Part shown: one piece after another, positions 1 to 10,882 of the stretch
Layout of the letters: each line of letters starts with the position of its first letter
How positions within the stretch are numbered: the stretch's first letter is position 1
Origin: a virus
IMG/VR virus record: IMGVR_UViG_3300035670_000137
Coordinates: 1 to 64,000 of that record
Strand: one strand, 5' to 3'
DNA: 64,000 nt
Notes under the pieces: model-generated
Seen by the model: only the letters and a program-made list of their open reading frames with translations
The model's database searches: none
What the model was told of the DNA's origin: nothing
Position numbers and translations under genes: made by a program

Positions 1-164
1 GTAGCATAAAAATTCCCGTCATAATTAAGACGAGTTGTATTTGATGGATTTGTAGTGCCACCATCAAATGTTCCTGCAGTTTTTGTAGTACCGTTATACT
101 TTATATAGGCTAAGCCTGTGCTACCGGCTACTAAGCCGGTAGATACGTCTCTTTGGTTACTCAT
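1..164 (-). CDS. Tail fibre-like protein, 5' part (runs off window)
   Basis: ATG at 164, open to window edge (MSNQRDVSTG...GTFDGGTTNPSNTTRLNYDGNFYA); follows fibre genes. Confidence 0.55.
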   Translation of the reverse strand, partial: MSNQRDVSTGLVAGSTGLAYIKYNGTTKTAGTFDGGTTNPSNTTRLNYDGNFYA

Positions 165-167
165 AGG

Positions 168-566
168 TTACTCACTTAAGGTTAATCTAGCAGCAGCTCT
201 CTTTTCTAATACATCTGCTGGTACTTCTTTACCTGTTTCAGCCTGCCTCGTTATATACCAGTCTGTTGTAGTAAGATACATCTGAGCTTCACCTTTTTCT
301 TTTAGTAATACCTCATCAGGAGTTAAGCTAGGAGATTCTACTTTAGCTTTTATATGACTCCAATCTACTCCAGCATATGGATCTTCTTTAGGACTTAGAT
401 CTGGAGCATAGCTAAGAATATAATTATCTAACTCTGTTCCTTGAGGTAGTGTACCATCTAATTTCTTATCTATTCTAACATTAAGATAAGACTTTTTTAA
501 GCCATCATCAGTAGAGTACTCTACTACAACATGTGGTGCTTCAAAATTAACTATTTTATATTTCAT
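168..566 (-). CDS. Tail fibre assembly chaperone-like protein
   Basis: C-terminal YLTTTDWYITRQAETGKEVPADVLEKRAAAR motif typical of fibre chaperones; position. Confidence 0.6.
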   Translation of the reverse strand: MKYKIVNFEAPHVVVEYSTDDGLKKSYLNVRIDKKLDGTLPQGTELDNYILSYAPDLSPKEDPYAGVDWSHIKAKVESPSLTPDEVLLKEKGEAQMYLTTTDWYITRQAETGKEVPADVLEKRAAARLTLSE

Positions 567-1478
567 TTAAGATACTGCTCCATAAACTGTTGCTGGCTGA
601 GATCCGCCTGACCACGTTACTGAGTAACCATTGAGGGCGATTGCTTTGCCGCCGGCTCCTCCTGAGTATCCACCACTACTAGATCCACCTGCCGCTCCCC
701 ATCCACCACCACCACCACCTGCATTACCTCCTCCAGACCCATTTCCACCAGATACTCCAGCACCTCCACCAGATCCTCCGGTAATAGAGGCACCGGACAT
801 CATCGCTCCACCTGTTCCTCCACCACTTCCACCATACCCACCAACACCATAAGAAAATCCAGTAGTCACTGTTGGGCCTGTTAATGTTGAGGACGGAAAT
901 ACTCTGCCACCTCCTCCGCCTGTAACGTGATTAGATAAATACATTAGAGATGATGGATATCCATTTGCTCCACTATTGCCAATAGACCCACCACTGCCTC
1001 CATAGACTTGCACTTGATTATTACAATCACCTCCAACCCCTCCACCAGCACCTCCTCCACCCCCAGAAATATACGGGTACGGTGTAACAATAGATTGCGT
1101 TCCTCCACCCCCTCCACCCCCTCCACCTATATAAGATGAAGCAGAATTGATGGTGCAATTGCATCCAAGAGAAATGGCATTTCCACCAGCGGCACCATTT
1201 AGTCCAAGGGTATTCCCTGCGCCTTTACCGCCCTTACCCATGATGAAACCATTGTTGATGATGGTCAGACCGGCAGGGAAAGATCCGGTGGTTAATGCCG
1301 GCGTTGCGGTGTTGTCACTCCAAATGTAGACACCAGATCCGATGGTGATGGTGGCATCGCCACTCCCTGAGTACCCGTTGGCATCCGCCCATGTACGCAG
1401 GTTGAGTTCTTGCTGATTGGTTGAGACGGTTGCCACGAACGGGCCACCTAAGCTCATAATCATCTGTCTAATGCCCAT
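567..1478 (-). CDS. Glycine-rich receptor-binding adhesin (T-even gp38-like polyglycine)
   Basis: Many GGGGG runs, INNGFIMGKGG motif, downstream of fibre gene. Confidence 0.65.
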   Translation of the reverse strand: MGIRQMIMSLGGPFVATVSTNQQELNLRTWADANGYSGSGDATITIGSGVYIWSDNTATPALTTGSFPAGLTIINNGFIMGKGGKGAGNTLGLNGAAGGNAISLGCNCTINSASSYIGGGGGGGGGTQSIVTPYPYISGGGGGAGGGVGGDCNNQVQVYGGSGGSIGNSGANGYPSSLMYLSNHVTGGGGGRVFPSSTLTGPTVTTGFSYGVGGYGGSGGGTGGAMMSGASITGGSGGGAGVSGGNGSGGGNAGGGGGGWGAAGGSSSGGYSGGAGGKAIALNGYSVTWSGGSQPATVYGAVS

Positions 1479-3451
1479 TACTTAGCTCCTGACATTATTG
1501 CCTCAGTGGCAGATAAGAACCAAATGGATGCTATACCTCTTAAAGGTATAGTTAAATTACCGGCAGTTGCTGATCCTGCTTTACGTAAGGTTAAACTAGC
1601 TCCCTGAGTAACGGTTAGGTCTCCAGCACTATTATTATATAAAGATATAATATCGCCGGCTGCATAAATATTTGCTGGAATAGTTATACCAGCAGTTATA
1701 GATATGCACTTACCTAGATCTGCCAGTACCGCTGTACCTGAAGTTGAGCTAACTGGTACACTGCGTAATCTATCTACATAAGCAGTTGTTGCTATAGTAG
1801 TGTTATTTGTGGCCCAAGCCTGGGTAGTTCCAGTAGCTGTACTAGATACAGTTCCTGAGCCTGTTAAATTTGTAGCATTTGTAGCATTTGTTACATAGTT
1901 AGTACTTATTAAACTAGTAATATCAGTACCGCTAGCGGCCGAAATACTACCAGAGCCAGCTCCTTTTAATATACCTGAAGCAGTAATTACTATCTGCTTT
2001 TCAGTAGCTAATTCAGCTAAAGCTGTTTGTACAGTATTACTGGCAATATCTCCTGACGGGGTGAATGATACATCTGATGCCGATGGATTATATACTACAT
2101 AACCATCAATCTCACACATTACCTGATCGCCTGCTACGCAGGCCTGCCCTAGAGTTACTGATGTTGTACTTGTTTCAGTATAGTCTGAGGGAAATAACCT
2201 TACGCCATTAACAAATATACGTGTTTGGCCCTTAGCTAATACATAAGTACCTGTAGTAAATACGGTTTGACCCGCTGTAGCAGTATACGTTAGTCTAGAA
2301 GAAGTTAGAGTAGTTCCAAAGTTGGTACCAGTTGCTACTGGAGTACCCCAGTAGTAGCTACCCACACCATTCGTCATTAGTACTTTACCGGACGTAGCTC
2401 CTGGAATCAAGTTATTAATGGCACTAGAACCATCTCCTGCACCTGTACCTCCGCGAGCAACTTCAACCTGATTAGAACCATTACCAGCATATGTAGCAAA
2501 ATACGCAAGAGCTAATGTAGTTCTTGCGGCCGTTGCATCTGCATCATCTAGTAAAGAACGTCCGAAAGATGTGCATGTTATTTCTTCGACTACACCTGCA
2601 CCTGCTGAGCTTCTACCAAGTAATTTATCAGTAGCTGATACGTTCTGTATTTTTGCATAAGTTACTGCACTATTAGTAATACCTGTAGTACCTACAGTGC
2701 CCCATCCGATTGTAGAGCCAGATTCACGTAGTACAAAACCAGATGATGGAGTTGCAGTAATATCTGCAACATTACCGATAGAGTTTGTAGATCTGCCAAT
2801 AACTGTAAGAGCACCGGACTGTCTTAACTTAGCATCTGTTACTACATTAGTTTGAATAGTAACTACACCAGTTGTACTTACGGTAGCATCTGTATTAAAA
2901 GTAGTAGTAGGTATAAAGTGCTTAGTACTGGCACCATCGCCTACTACTATTTTATCGTTAGTAGTATCCCACTGTATTCTACCTTCCGTAGTAGGTGTAA
3001 TGCCTGCTTCTAGTGTTAAAGTCGGTGTGGTTAAAGTAGGGCTACTATTAAATACTAATACGCCGGAACCGGTTTCATCTGAAACTACCCCCGCCAGTTC
3101 GGCCGAGGTAGTTGAAGAAAATACTGATAACTTATCAGAAGTAGAAGTAAGTGTAACACCTGTAGGTATGGTAGAACCGTTAACCTGAGCACTAGGTCCT
3201 ATATTAATATTGTATACAGACGCCATGTCTGCCCAGGTATTTAGATTTTGTCCGAGAGGTATACCTGTTGTACCTGTCCACAGTTCCCACTTACTAGATG
3301 CTGAATTCCACCTAGTTGAAAAATCTGGTTGGCCTGTAGCAGCAGTTCGTGCAGGATCTAAACCTACTGCCAGGTCATCAATACGAGCATCTAACTCGCT
3401 TAAAAAATTTGCATATAAACTAGTTAGTACTGGTTTACTATGATCGGCCAT
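1478..3451 (-). CDS. Tail fibre protein
   Basis: 657 aa T/S/G/A-rich with fibre repeat motifs; follows gpJ. Confidence 0.8.
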   Translation of the reverse strand: MADHSKPVLTSLYANFLSELDARIDDLAVGLDPARTAATGQPDFSTRWNSASSKWELWTGTTGIPLGQNLNTWADMASVYNINIGPSAQVNGSTIPTGVTLTSTSDKLSVFSSTTSAELAGVVSDETGSGVLVFNSSPTLTTPTLTLEAGITPTTEGRIQWDTTNDKIVVGDGASTKHFIPTTTFNTDATVSTTGVVTIQTNVVTDAKLRQSGALTVIGRSTNSIGNVADITATPSSGFVLRESGSTIGWGTVGTTGITNSAVTYAKIQNVSATDKLLGRSSAGAGVVEEITCTSFGRSLLDDADATAARTTLALAYFATYAGNGSNQVEVARGGTGAGDGSSAINNLIPGATSGKVLMTNGVGSYYWGTPVATGTNFGTTLTSSRLTYTATAGQTVFTTGTYVLAKGQTRIFVNGVRLFPSDYTETSTTSVTLGQACVAGDQVMCEIDGYVVYNPSASDVSFTPSGDIASNTVQTALAELATEKQIVITASGILKGAGSGSISAASGTDITSLISTNYVTNATNATNLTGSGTVSSTATGTTQAWATNNTTIATTAYVDRLRSVPVSSTSGTAVLADLGKCISITAGITIPANIYAAGDIISLYNNSAGDLTVTQGASLTLRKAGSATAGNLTIPLRGIASIWFLSATEAIMSGAK

Positions 3452-3454
3452 ATT

Positions 3455-6400
3455 TTAATATCCTTTTACAAACCAACTTACATTATACGTACCAAATGTA
3501 GGAGGTGAACCAGTTGATGAATTGAATAAATATACTCTAAAACTTTGTGGGTACCCTATTGCATTACCTGAAGTATTGCTACCAACTAGGGTAAATGTAA
3601 AAGTATTTGCTGTATAAGATGTTATAGTAAATATACCTGACAGTGCAGTACCTGAAGAGAAATAAACTCTTACATTCTGCCCCGTTATTAGTCCATGCCC
3701 AGTGGCTGTAACTGTGCAGGAATTACTAGTCAGAGTATATGCTCCGGTAAGTACCGTATCTTTATAATCATATACAGTAGTTAAAGAACTACTAGAGTTA
3801 GGTGTAACTATTAAGCTAGTAACATCAATAAACTCTTTATTAAAGTTTATTACTTGCCCTTGTGATGTTACTGCTGCTGTGGCGGCATCCGATATGGATT
3901 TAGCATTAAGTAGTACATTTAAATTATGGAACTGTACTACATCATTTGCATCAGCTGAATTAACAGTTAGAGTTATACGTACGTATCTAAAATTAACTCC
4001 AAATACTTCCCATACTCCTGGATACGCTTTATAACTAGTATCATTCCCCGTCCAGCGCTCTCCAGAGTTAGCCCAGGAACTAATCTCTATCTTAGGTATT
4101 ATAGTAAGCGCACCACTATCAACACGGTCTAGAGAAGTTATAATCTTACTACTTCCTAGTATTGTGCCAATATCCCAGGTTTCTGAATATGAACCACTTA
4201 ATACAGTTGGAGATATAAATTTAGTATATCCGTCTGAAACTTGTGAATCTGGAGATGTCCAAGCATGGGTAGCTACAGTTACTGTTAGTCCTGAACCACT
4301 ACCAGATACAGTTGTGGTAGTTGTACCAGCTCCCGGAGCTACTGTGTAGTTACCAGGCTGTATAATTTGTAAGGTTGCCGCCGCGGATCCACTTAAAGTT
4401 AGTACTTTAGCGTGGGCCTTAATAGTGTTAGTACCGCCATTAATTTCTACTATATCTCCAATAGCATACCCTGTACCACCAGATACTATAGATATACTAT
4501 ATACACGTAAACTAGTAAAATGTTGCTGGTACTGTTCTGTAATATTAACTGGTAGTACTACGGAGCCATTTGTATATGGATCATATACAGCATTTGTATA
4601 GTCTACCGCTATTGTATTGCCATTGGTAGGGCTATTAATTACGGCATAATTAGTATTAAGAATCCCGTGGTAAACGAAATCAGGTGGTTCTGCAACTTCT
4701 GCTGTTCTACTTATAGGGTCCGATTCTACATTATCTGTGTCAACGGTAGCAATCCAATAAGTATACGTTCCCTTCTTAAGTTCTGTAATAGTTGTGAACG
4801 CACCGTCCTTACGACCTAAATCTAACGCTGTAGCCCAATTAGCACCAGTTCTAATAACATAGTGACTGACGGGTAGGGATGTAGGTTCTGGGGAAGTCCA
4901 AGTTAACATGACTGTATTATCAATAACTTGTGGGAAGAAATTAGTAGGTGGAACAGGTTTTAGCTTTTCCACAGTTTTCACATACCCAGTAGACTCACGT
5001 CTTAAATTATCTACAGTATATATTGTGAACTGTCTATTTCCTACCCAATCTGCAGGAAGTGTTATAGTATTAGAATTTGTCACATACTCTGTACTATTAT
5101 AAGCCACCTTATAATGCTTTAGACCAAACTGAGGATTTAAATTATTTGACCAAGTTAAAGTAACAGTAGCTGATGTACTAGAAGTATCAAAATATGAGTA
5201 TTCCGCTCCAGTTATATTAGGTACAATATCTGCGGTAAAAGCTACCATACGAACTACTGAAGAATACTCATTATCTGTATCGATAGCTTTTATATACCAA
5301 GTTCCATTACCTGTTATAGCATTAACAGGTACAGTTACAGATGTAGCATTTCCTTTGTATATAAAGTTACCTAAGCCCCAGTCCTCATCTATAATACGTA
5401 CTTCATATGCCGATATTGGTAAATATCCTGAATTAGAAGAAATAGTAGGAGAGGGCCAACTTAATACTACTGAAGTCCCATTTACTGATACAGTGACCTC
5501 CCCGACTTGGGCAGGTCTATACCTAGTAATAGTTTTTGTACTAATTGCGGATGACACTCCATTATTATCAATTACATAAATACTAAAATCTTTGGTATCT
5601 ATCCAATTTGCTTGAGTAATAAAGTTAGTAGCAGTCTGTACAAAATCTAAACCACTATATACTATTCTATAGTACTTAACTCCAAATTGTGGTGTTGCTT
5701 CCGGCCAGTTTAATCTAACCTGAGCTGCTGTAGCTTGATCATCAAAGAAATTAACTGATATGTTGTCTGAAACTATAGGAGATATAGTATTATAAATAAA
5801 TTGTGTAGACTGTGCCGTTGACCAACGATTTGTAGCATCTCTAGCTTTTATATAATAAGTATAAGTCCCTGTAGCTAGTAAGTTTACTATTGTACTAGTA
5901 CTAGTTCCATAGTATACTCTGTCTGCATCATTGGTTCCCCATCCTGAATTAATAGTACGAACTTCATATGCAACAACATCCAATGACTCACTCTCTGTCC
6001 AAGACAACTCTAATCCACTATTTACAGCGTTATTTGCAAATAATGTTGGTGGTGATGGTGGAACTAAGTCATCTAGTAGAATAGATCTCGCTAATACACT
6101 ATAATTATTTCTTGTATCGAATGCTTTAATATACCAGGTCTGTCCTAAACTATTAATAATATTAGGAACAATGGCTGTATTAGCCATACCACTATAAATA
6201 TAGTTAGAATCTCCCCAATTTTGATCATCTACACGTATTTCATATCCAGCCACAGGTAAAGATCCCTGTGTAGGGGGGTCCCAGGTAAAATTCATCACTA
6301 CTTCATTACTAATCTTGGTTAGAGATATAGTAGGTGAAGGCATTTGGCCTGGAGGCCCAATAGTAAGTAATTTATTAGTTACGTTAGACCTATTACCTAG

Positions 6401-9400
6401 TTTATCTACTACTACCCAACTTAGAGTACGATCAGAGGTCCAGTTGGCTGGAATTGTTACATAGGTAGCATTAACCCTGATTGGAGTTTCATTACCGTTT
6501 GTAAACTCATAGTAGTCTAACCCAAATAACGGAGATATTTGGACCCACTTAAACATAACTGTAGAGCTTGAAGTACTAGTCTCCTGAAAATCTGTATCTA
6601 TAGTACCTAAGAATACTGTAGGTACTGGTGCCGAATAGAAGCTAGCACTATTAGATACTGAAGTCTTAGAGTCGTCTGAATGTGTTAATATATTACCATA
6701 ATTTCTTACGGATTCCTGATTAATTGTAGGTATATCTAAAGAGTATGTTACAAAATTATTACCTGCATTAGTTACTGTAAATACACCGTTATAGTTATAT
6801 GGTATAAACTCTCTAACTATAATTTTTGTACCTATAGGGTAGGGTGTATAAACATATGGATTAAAATATATTGTTGCTGTTTTTAGTATATTATCGTATA
6901 CTACACTAGTTGTATTACTAGATATCCCGCTATAGTTGCCACTAGAGTCAATAGCTTTAATGTAATAAGTATCTGTACTTAGATAAGTTGGTGGAGTTAC
7001 TTTGCAGAAAGCCTCGGCACCTCGATATATATACCCACTATCTTCTCCCCAGTTAGTATCACTAGTACGTACTTCGTATCCCCATATATCTATTTCTGTG
7101 CTAGGATTCCATGATACTAACACGCTTGTATCACTCACTGAAGTGTTTATTCCAGATATTTGAGGAGGTGCTAGAGTTTTTCCATATACTATTGCGGTTG
7201 CAGTTGCTGGTATTAGTGTTAACCTACCTATAGCATTAAGTGCCCACACCTTTACTTCATATGTGCCTGGTACTACATCATTAAGATCAGCTTGTGGAGT
7301 ATTAATAAATATTTCTTCTGACCAATTGCCTACATCTCGTTTATACATTAATTTGTATCTATTTGCAAACTGTACTGGCTCCCAAGCCGCAGATAGTTTT
7401 ACAACTACGTTGCCTTTAGTAGCATATAGACTTTCTACTAATGTTAGAGATTGTGGGGTGGCTGGATTGGCTGATAAATTTGAATAGTCTCTTTGTTCTA
7501 ATTGTGTGCCGTTTTCAATATAACTATATTTTGTTGGTTCGTGTTTAACTGCAGTAATAGAGAAAATACTATTATCTTCTTCAGTTACTGCTAGTACACG
7601 GAATTGCTGTATTTCGACAGTATCTGCATATGCTACCCATATACTGCCAACTTGTGGTAGTTCTGGAAGTGCAGTAGATAAAGTTAATATATTTTCAGAA
7701 TTAATACTAGATATAGTAGCTGACTGTATAGTGCCATCTGCTTTAAAAGCATTGAAAGTATAAGTTTCGCCTACATCCATCTCCATGGCTGAGTCTATTT
7801 TAATATGGGTAGTATCTATACTTTGTACAACTCTACCACCTAAACGAACTCCTGCTCTAGCTGGATCGGCAACTTTAATAATATTACCAGGACGAGCCGT
7901 TGCACCCTCTAGACCTGTCTTAAAGCTTACTACATCTGTCTCATATTTTTCAGTATATAGAATCCATTCACCGACTCGGTGGGCTTGCCCACGACTGGTG
8001 CAGCCTACTGCTATTACATCTGTCTCTATAATACCATACTGTTTAACGGCTTCATCGTCTTGCACATATTCTACCTTAGGACGACACATATCTTTCATGT
8101 CGTTCCAAGTTACTAATGCTACTGTATGCCTAGTTTTTTCACTAGATCCTGAGTATGTGAATACTCCATCAATTACGTTAGCCTGTGAGAATAGATGTGA
8201 AGCATCTGCCGGGGCATCTTGAATAGCTGTAATTGTACCTGCTGACCAGTATAACATGCCTCTAAAGATGGAGGCCATATCATTAAGTACTTTAAAAGCA
8301 TCCTCTCTAGATTGAATATACATATTACATGTAAATCTAGGCTCTATCAGCCCATCCCCTAATCCAGATATTACTGGCTCATCGCAGTACTGTCCTATAG
8401 TGTATAAAGCCCATTTATCAACCAGTGCGTCATCTATGTAGTTTCCTAATCCATATCTATCGTTGGTTATAAGATCATATAAACACCAAGCGGGGTTATT
8501 GGACCAAGCAATTTTAAATGTGCCATCCCATGGCCCAGTATACGTGCGTTTTAAAGGGTCATAATTTACAGGTACTTTAATCTTTAATAGTTTAACATCA
8601 TATGCACGATTAGGTATACTGTCAAACTGAGAGGAGTCTATACTAATACCGACAATAGCTGAGTTTGGATACCTGAATTTACCGTATGTTATCTCTGTTT
8701 CTAGATCTAACCAAGTTTGATTACCGAGACTGCCTTTAATACTCTCATTAGTATTACGGGAGACTCTAGTCATCCAAGTACCTGGCTGTCCAAAAGGAAC
8801 GAATACACTTCTTTGATAGCGACTGCTAGCCTTACCAGATATAGAAATCTTGTTATCGTATCCTAGTTTGTACATCATATAAGACGTACATATACCATTT
8901 CCCGATGTTAGTATACGTATAGCCCTATCTGCTACCGCACCTACAGTAGAATAAAACGTAAGGCTATGTACTTGATTGCTTGGTAGTTCGGGCATAACAA
9001 CACTAATTATACCGCCAAGTAAAGACTCTTGTGTACTATAATCTGCGGACAGTGTTCCTGTAGCTATATTTGTCCAAGCTCCACCATTAGTAGATTCTTG
9101 TATGGTATAAGTAATATCGTCATAAGTAATAATATTACCTAACAATTTAGAAAATATAGAATTACTATTATGCGAGAAATTAACAGAAATGTATAAACCA
9201 GTAGTGCTGAAAGTATTAGTAGTTATAGTTGTAGCATTAGTAGTATTTGTATAGCTTTGTGCATTTTCCCAAATTGTACGAATAGAAGCTGGATACCAGC
9301 CTGAATCTGCTCCCAGAGTAGTAATATGTCTAGCATGTACTTCTAACTCTACAGATGTACCATTAGTATCGCCGGTTGTTGTATCCTGTACGAATAGTTG

Positions 9401-10270
9401 AGGTACTCCTATGGTTAAACGTACACCATCTAACTCCCCATTACTATTAGAGTAGGTACGTTCTACAGGTTCGGCAGCTAGCTGTGGTAAACTACCGTTT
9501 ACTGGTGTAATACCTTTAATGCGAGTATTAACTTCGCGTACACTTTCTACATTACTAAAACCGGCTATATATGATTGCTGTTGTGTACCAGTACGTGTAT
9601 CCCAAGAGAATCCTGAAAAATTATAAGTACCATCGAAATTCATTAAAGGAACTTCATTTAGGTATATAGACTTTTCTCCTGCAACCAGTCCTTCTATTTC
9701 CCCCTCACATAGTAGATCTACTACTTGTGCATAAGCTATAGAGCGAAGACTATCTGGGGCTTCTACTGCTGGGCGACTACCCCCTCCACCTTTACCTCCA
9801 CCACCTCCTTTAGAACCAACAATTGGGTATCGTGCAGCATATCCACCATTATGTACTCTAACATTATTACATATAAAAGTATGGTTTGGCTCTACAGTGA
9901 GATTGTATACAGGTTCTGCTTCTAGTACTTCTGCGGATATTATTGGACGAAGATGTCCCATACCATCTACTAGAGCATCTTTATTAGTCATTCCACCAAT
10001 ATCAATAAAATTATTATATTGGTTTAATACCCAGTGGTTAGGAGTTATATCAATAGATCCGTTCCAAAATCTTACGCGCAGTAAAGGTTCTGGATCTTCA
10101 TGAAAATGTGTTTCTACTACTTTGGATACAAAAACTTCACCCTTCTCATTAAAGGATAGAATCTCATCTCCAATTTGTACTTCTTCAATTGGTTTAGTAA
10201 GGCCATGTTCTAATTGGACTAATGAGCCCCTTCTAAAACATCCGCCTTTTGATCCAATAATACTAGTCAT
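3455..10270 (-). CDS. Central tail fibre / tip attachment protein (lambda gpJ-like, Fn3 repeats) with N-terminal Hint domain
   Basis: gpJ motifs (DLLCEGEIEGL, WSNNPAWCLYD, GCTSRGQAHRVG); repeated YEVR...WG...YxG...YYIKAxD units. Confidence 0.92.
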   Translation of the reverse strand: MTSIIGSKGGCFRRGSLVQLEHGLTKPIEEVQIGDEILSFNEKGEVFVSKVVETHFHEDPEPLLRVRFWNGSIDITPNHWVLNQYNNFIDIGGMTNKDALVDGMGHLRPIISAEVLEAEPVYNLTVEPNHTFICNNVRVHNGGYAARYPIVGSKGGGGGKGGGGSRPAVEAPDSLRSIAYAQVVDLLCEGEIEGLVAGEKSIYLNEVPLMNFDGTYNFSGFSWDTRTGTQQQSYIAGFSNVESVREVNTRIKGITPVNGSLPQLAAEPVERTYSNSNGELDGVRLTIGVPQLFVQDTTTGDTNGTSVELEVHARHITTLGADSGWYPASIRTIWENAQSYTNTTNATTITTNTFSTTGLYISVNFSHNSNSIFSKLLGNIITYDDITYTIQESTNGGAWTNIATGTLSADYSTQESLLGGIISVVMPELPSNQVHSLTFYSTVGAVADRAIRILTSGNGICTSYMMYKLGYDNKISISGKASSRYQRSVFVPFGQPGTWMTRVSRNTNESIKGSLGNQTWLDLETEITYGKFRYPNSAIVGISIDSSQFDSIPNRAYDVKLLKIKVPVNYDPLKRTYTGPWDGTFKIAWSNNPAWCLYDLITNDRYGLGNYIDDALVDKWALYTIGQYCDEPVISGLGDGLIEPRFTCNMYIQSREDAFKVLNDMASIFRGMLYWSAGTITAIQDAPADASHLFSQANVIDGVFTYSGSSEKTRHTVALVTWNDMKDMCRPKVEYVQDDEAVKQYGIIETDVIAVGCTSRGQAHRVGEWILYTEKYETDVVSFKTGLEGATARPGNIIKVADPARAGVRLGGRVVQSIDTTHIKIDSAMEMDVGETYTFNAFKADGTIQSATISSINSENILTLSTALPELPQVGSIWVAYADTVEIQQFRVLAVTEEDNSIFSITAVKHEPTKYSYIENGTQLEQRDYSNLSANPATPQSLTLVESLYATKGNVVVKLSAAWEPVQFANRYKLMYKRDVGNWSEEIFINTPQADLNDVVPGTYEVKVWALNAIGRLTLIPATATAIVYGKTLAPPQISGINTSVSDTSVLVSWNPSTEIDIWGYEVRTSDTNWGEDSGYIYRGAEAFCKVTPPTYLSTDTYYIKAIDSSGNYSGISSNTTSVVYDNILKTATIYFNPYVYTPYPIGTKIIVREFIPYNYNGVFTVTNAGNNFVTYSLDIPTINQESVRNYGNILTHSDDSKTSVSNSASFYSAPVPTVFLGTIDTDFQETSTSSSTVMFKWVQISPLFGLDYYEFTNGNETPIRVNATYVTIPANWTSDRTLSWVVVDKLGNRSNVTNKLLTIGPPGQMPSPTISLTKISNEVVMNFTWDPPTQGSLPVAGYEIRVDDQNWGDSNYIYSGMANTAIVPNIINSLGQTWYIKAFDTRNNYSVLARSILLDDLVPPSPPTLFANNAVNSGLELSWTESESLDVVAYEVRTINSGWGTNDADRVYYGTSTSTIVNLLATGTYTYYIKARDATNRWSTAQSTQFIYNTISPIVSDNISVNFFDDQATAAQVRLNWPEATPQFGVKYYRIVYSGLDFVQTATNFITQANWIDTKDFSIYVIDNNGVSSAISTKTITRYRPAQVGEVTVSVNGTSVVLSWPSPTISSNSGYLPISAYEVRIIDEDWGLGNFIYKGNATSVTVPVNAITGNGTWYIKAIDTDNEYSSVVRMVAFTADIVPNITGAEYSYFDTSSTSATVTLTWSNNLNPQFGLKHYKVAYNSTEYVTNSNTITLPADWVGNRQFTIYTVDNLRRESTGYVKTVEKLKPVPPTNFFPQVIDNTVMLTWTSPEPTSLPVSHYVIRTGANWATALDLGRKDGAFTTITELKKGTYTYWIATVDTDNVESDPISRTAEVAEPPDFVYHGILNTNYAVINSPTNGNTIAVDYTNAVYDPYTNGSVVLPVNITEQYQQHFTSLRVYSISIVSGGTGYAIGDIVEINGGTNTIKAHAKVLTLSGSAAATLQIIQPGNYTVAPGAGTTTTTVSGSGSGLTVTVATHAWTSPDSQVSDGYTKFISPTVLSGSYSETWDIGTILGSSKIITSLDRVDSGALTIIPKIEISSWANSGERWTGNDTSYKAYPGVWEVFGVNFRYVRITLTVNSADANDVVQFHNLNVLLNAKSISDAATAAVTSQGQVINFNKEFIDVTSLIVTPNSSSSLTTVYDYKDTVLTGAYTLTSNSCTVTATGHGLITGQNVRVYFSSGTALSGIFTITSYTANTFTFTLVGSNTSGNAIGYPQSFRVYLFNSSTGSPPTFGTYNVSWFVKGY
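9848..10240 (-). other. Hint (intein-like, BIL-A type) domain, aa 11-141 of gpJ
   Basis: C1 (CFRRGSLV), block B TPNH, block F VYNLTV, terminal HN followed by Gly. Confidence 0.88.
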
Positions 10271-10279
10271 AGTATTCCT

Positions 10280-10882
10280 TTATGTATCTGAAGTTGATAT
10301 ACCCGCTGATATGACTGCTGATCCAACTATTAATCTTCCATACCCTACTGGTACTGGGTGTCCTTGGGCTGTAGTATTGACAGCACCTCTAAATAGGTAG
10401 CTTGGTTTATTCTCTGGTGCTTCTTGTATATCTTGTGCTGTTCGTGTAGGACTAGGCATTAACATTTGGGCTATCCCTCCCATTACTAGGGATACACCTA
10501 TATTTGCTACCATAGTAGTAGCTCCTGCGCTCATACCGAATAGACTTCCGGTTGCGAATCCCCCGGTCCCCCATGTAGCCCATATTAGAAAAGCACCTGC
10601 AGCAATACTAAATAACCCATCATCATCAGCACCAGCAACTGCTGGTGCTATTCTAATAATCTCTTTATAACTTACTGGCATAACTACATCTTTGGCATCA
10701 GTAACTCTAGTTGTGCCTGTCCATACTTTATATCCGTGAGGGTAGTCTACTAAATCTTGTGCAAACCCAGGATAATTAGCCTGCAGTGCTTTTAAAGCCT
10801 CTGCCAAACTATTTACAGCTAAATGGTGAACCTTACCGTATCTGTCCCCTAGCCAACCATACAATCTAATCTCTTTTAACAT
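10280..10882 (-). CDS. Tail tip assembly protein I (ubiquitin-like fold)
   Basis: IRLYGWLGDRYG N-terminus; SYLFRGAVNTTAQGHPVPVGYG C-terminus. Confidence 0.9.
   Translation of the reverse strand: MLKEIRLYGWLGDRYGKVHHLAVNSLAEALKALQANYPGFAQDLVDYPHGYKVWTGTTRVTDAKDVVMPVSYKEIIRIAPAVAGADDDGLFSIAAGAFLIWATWGTGGFATGSLFGMSAGATTMVANIGVSLVMGGIAQMLMPSPTRTAQDIQEAPENKPSYLFRGAVNTTAQGHPVPVGYGRLIVGSAVISAGISTSDT

Noticed and set aside
567-3451. Diversity-generating retroelement or invertible fibre cassette
   Set aside because: No reverse transcriptase, invertase or template/variable repeat pair seen in the window
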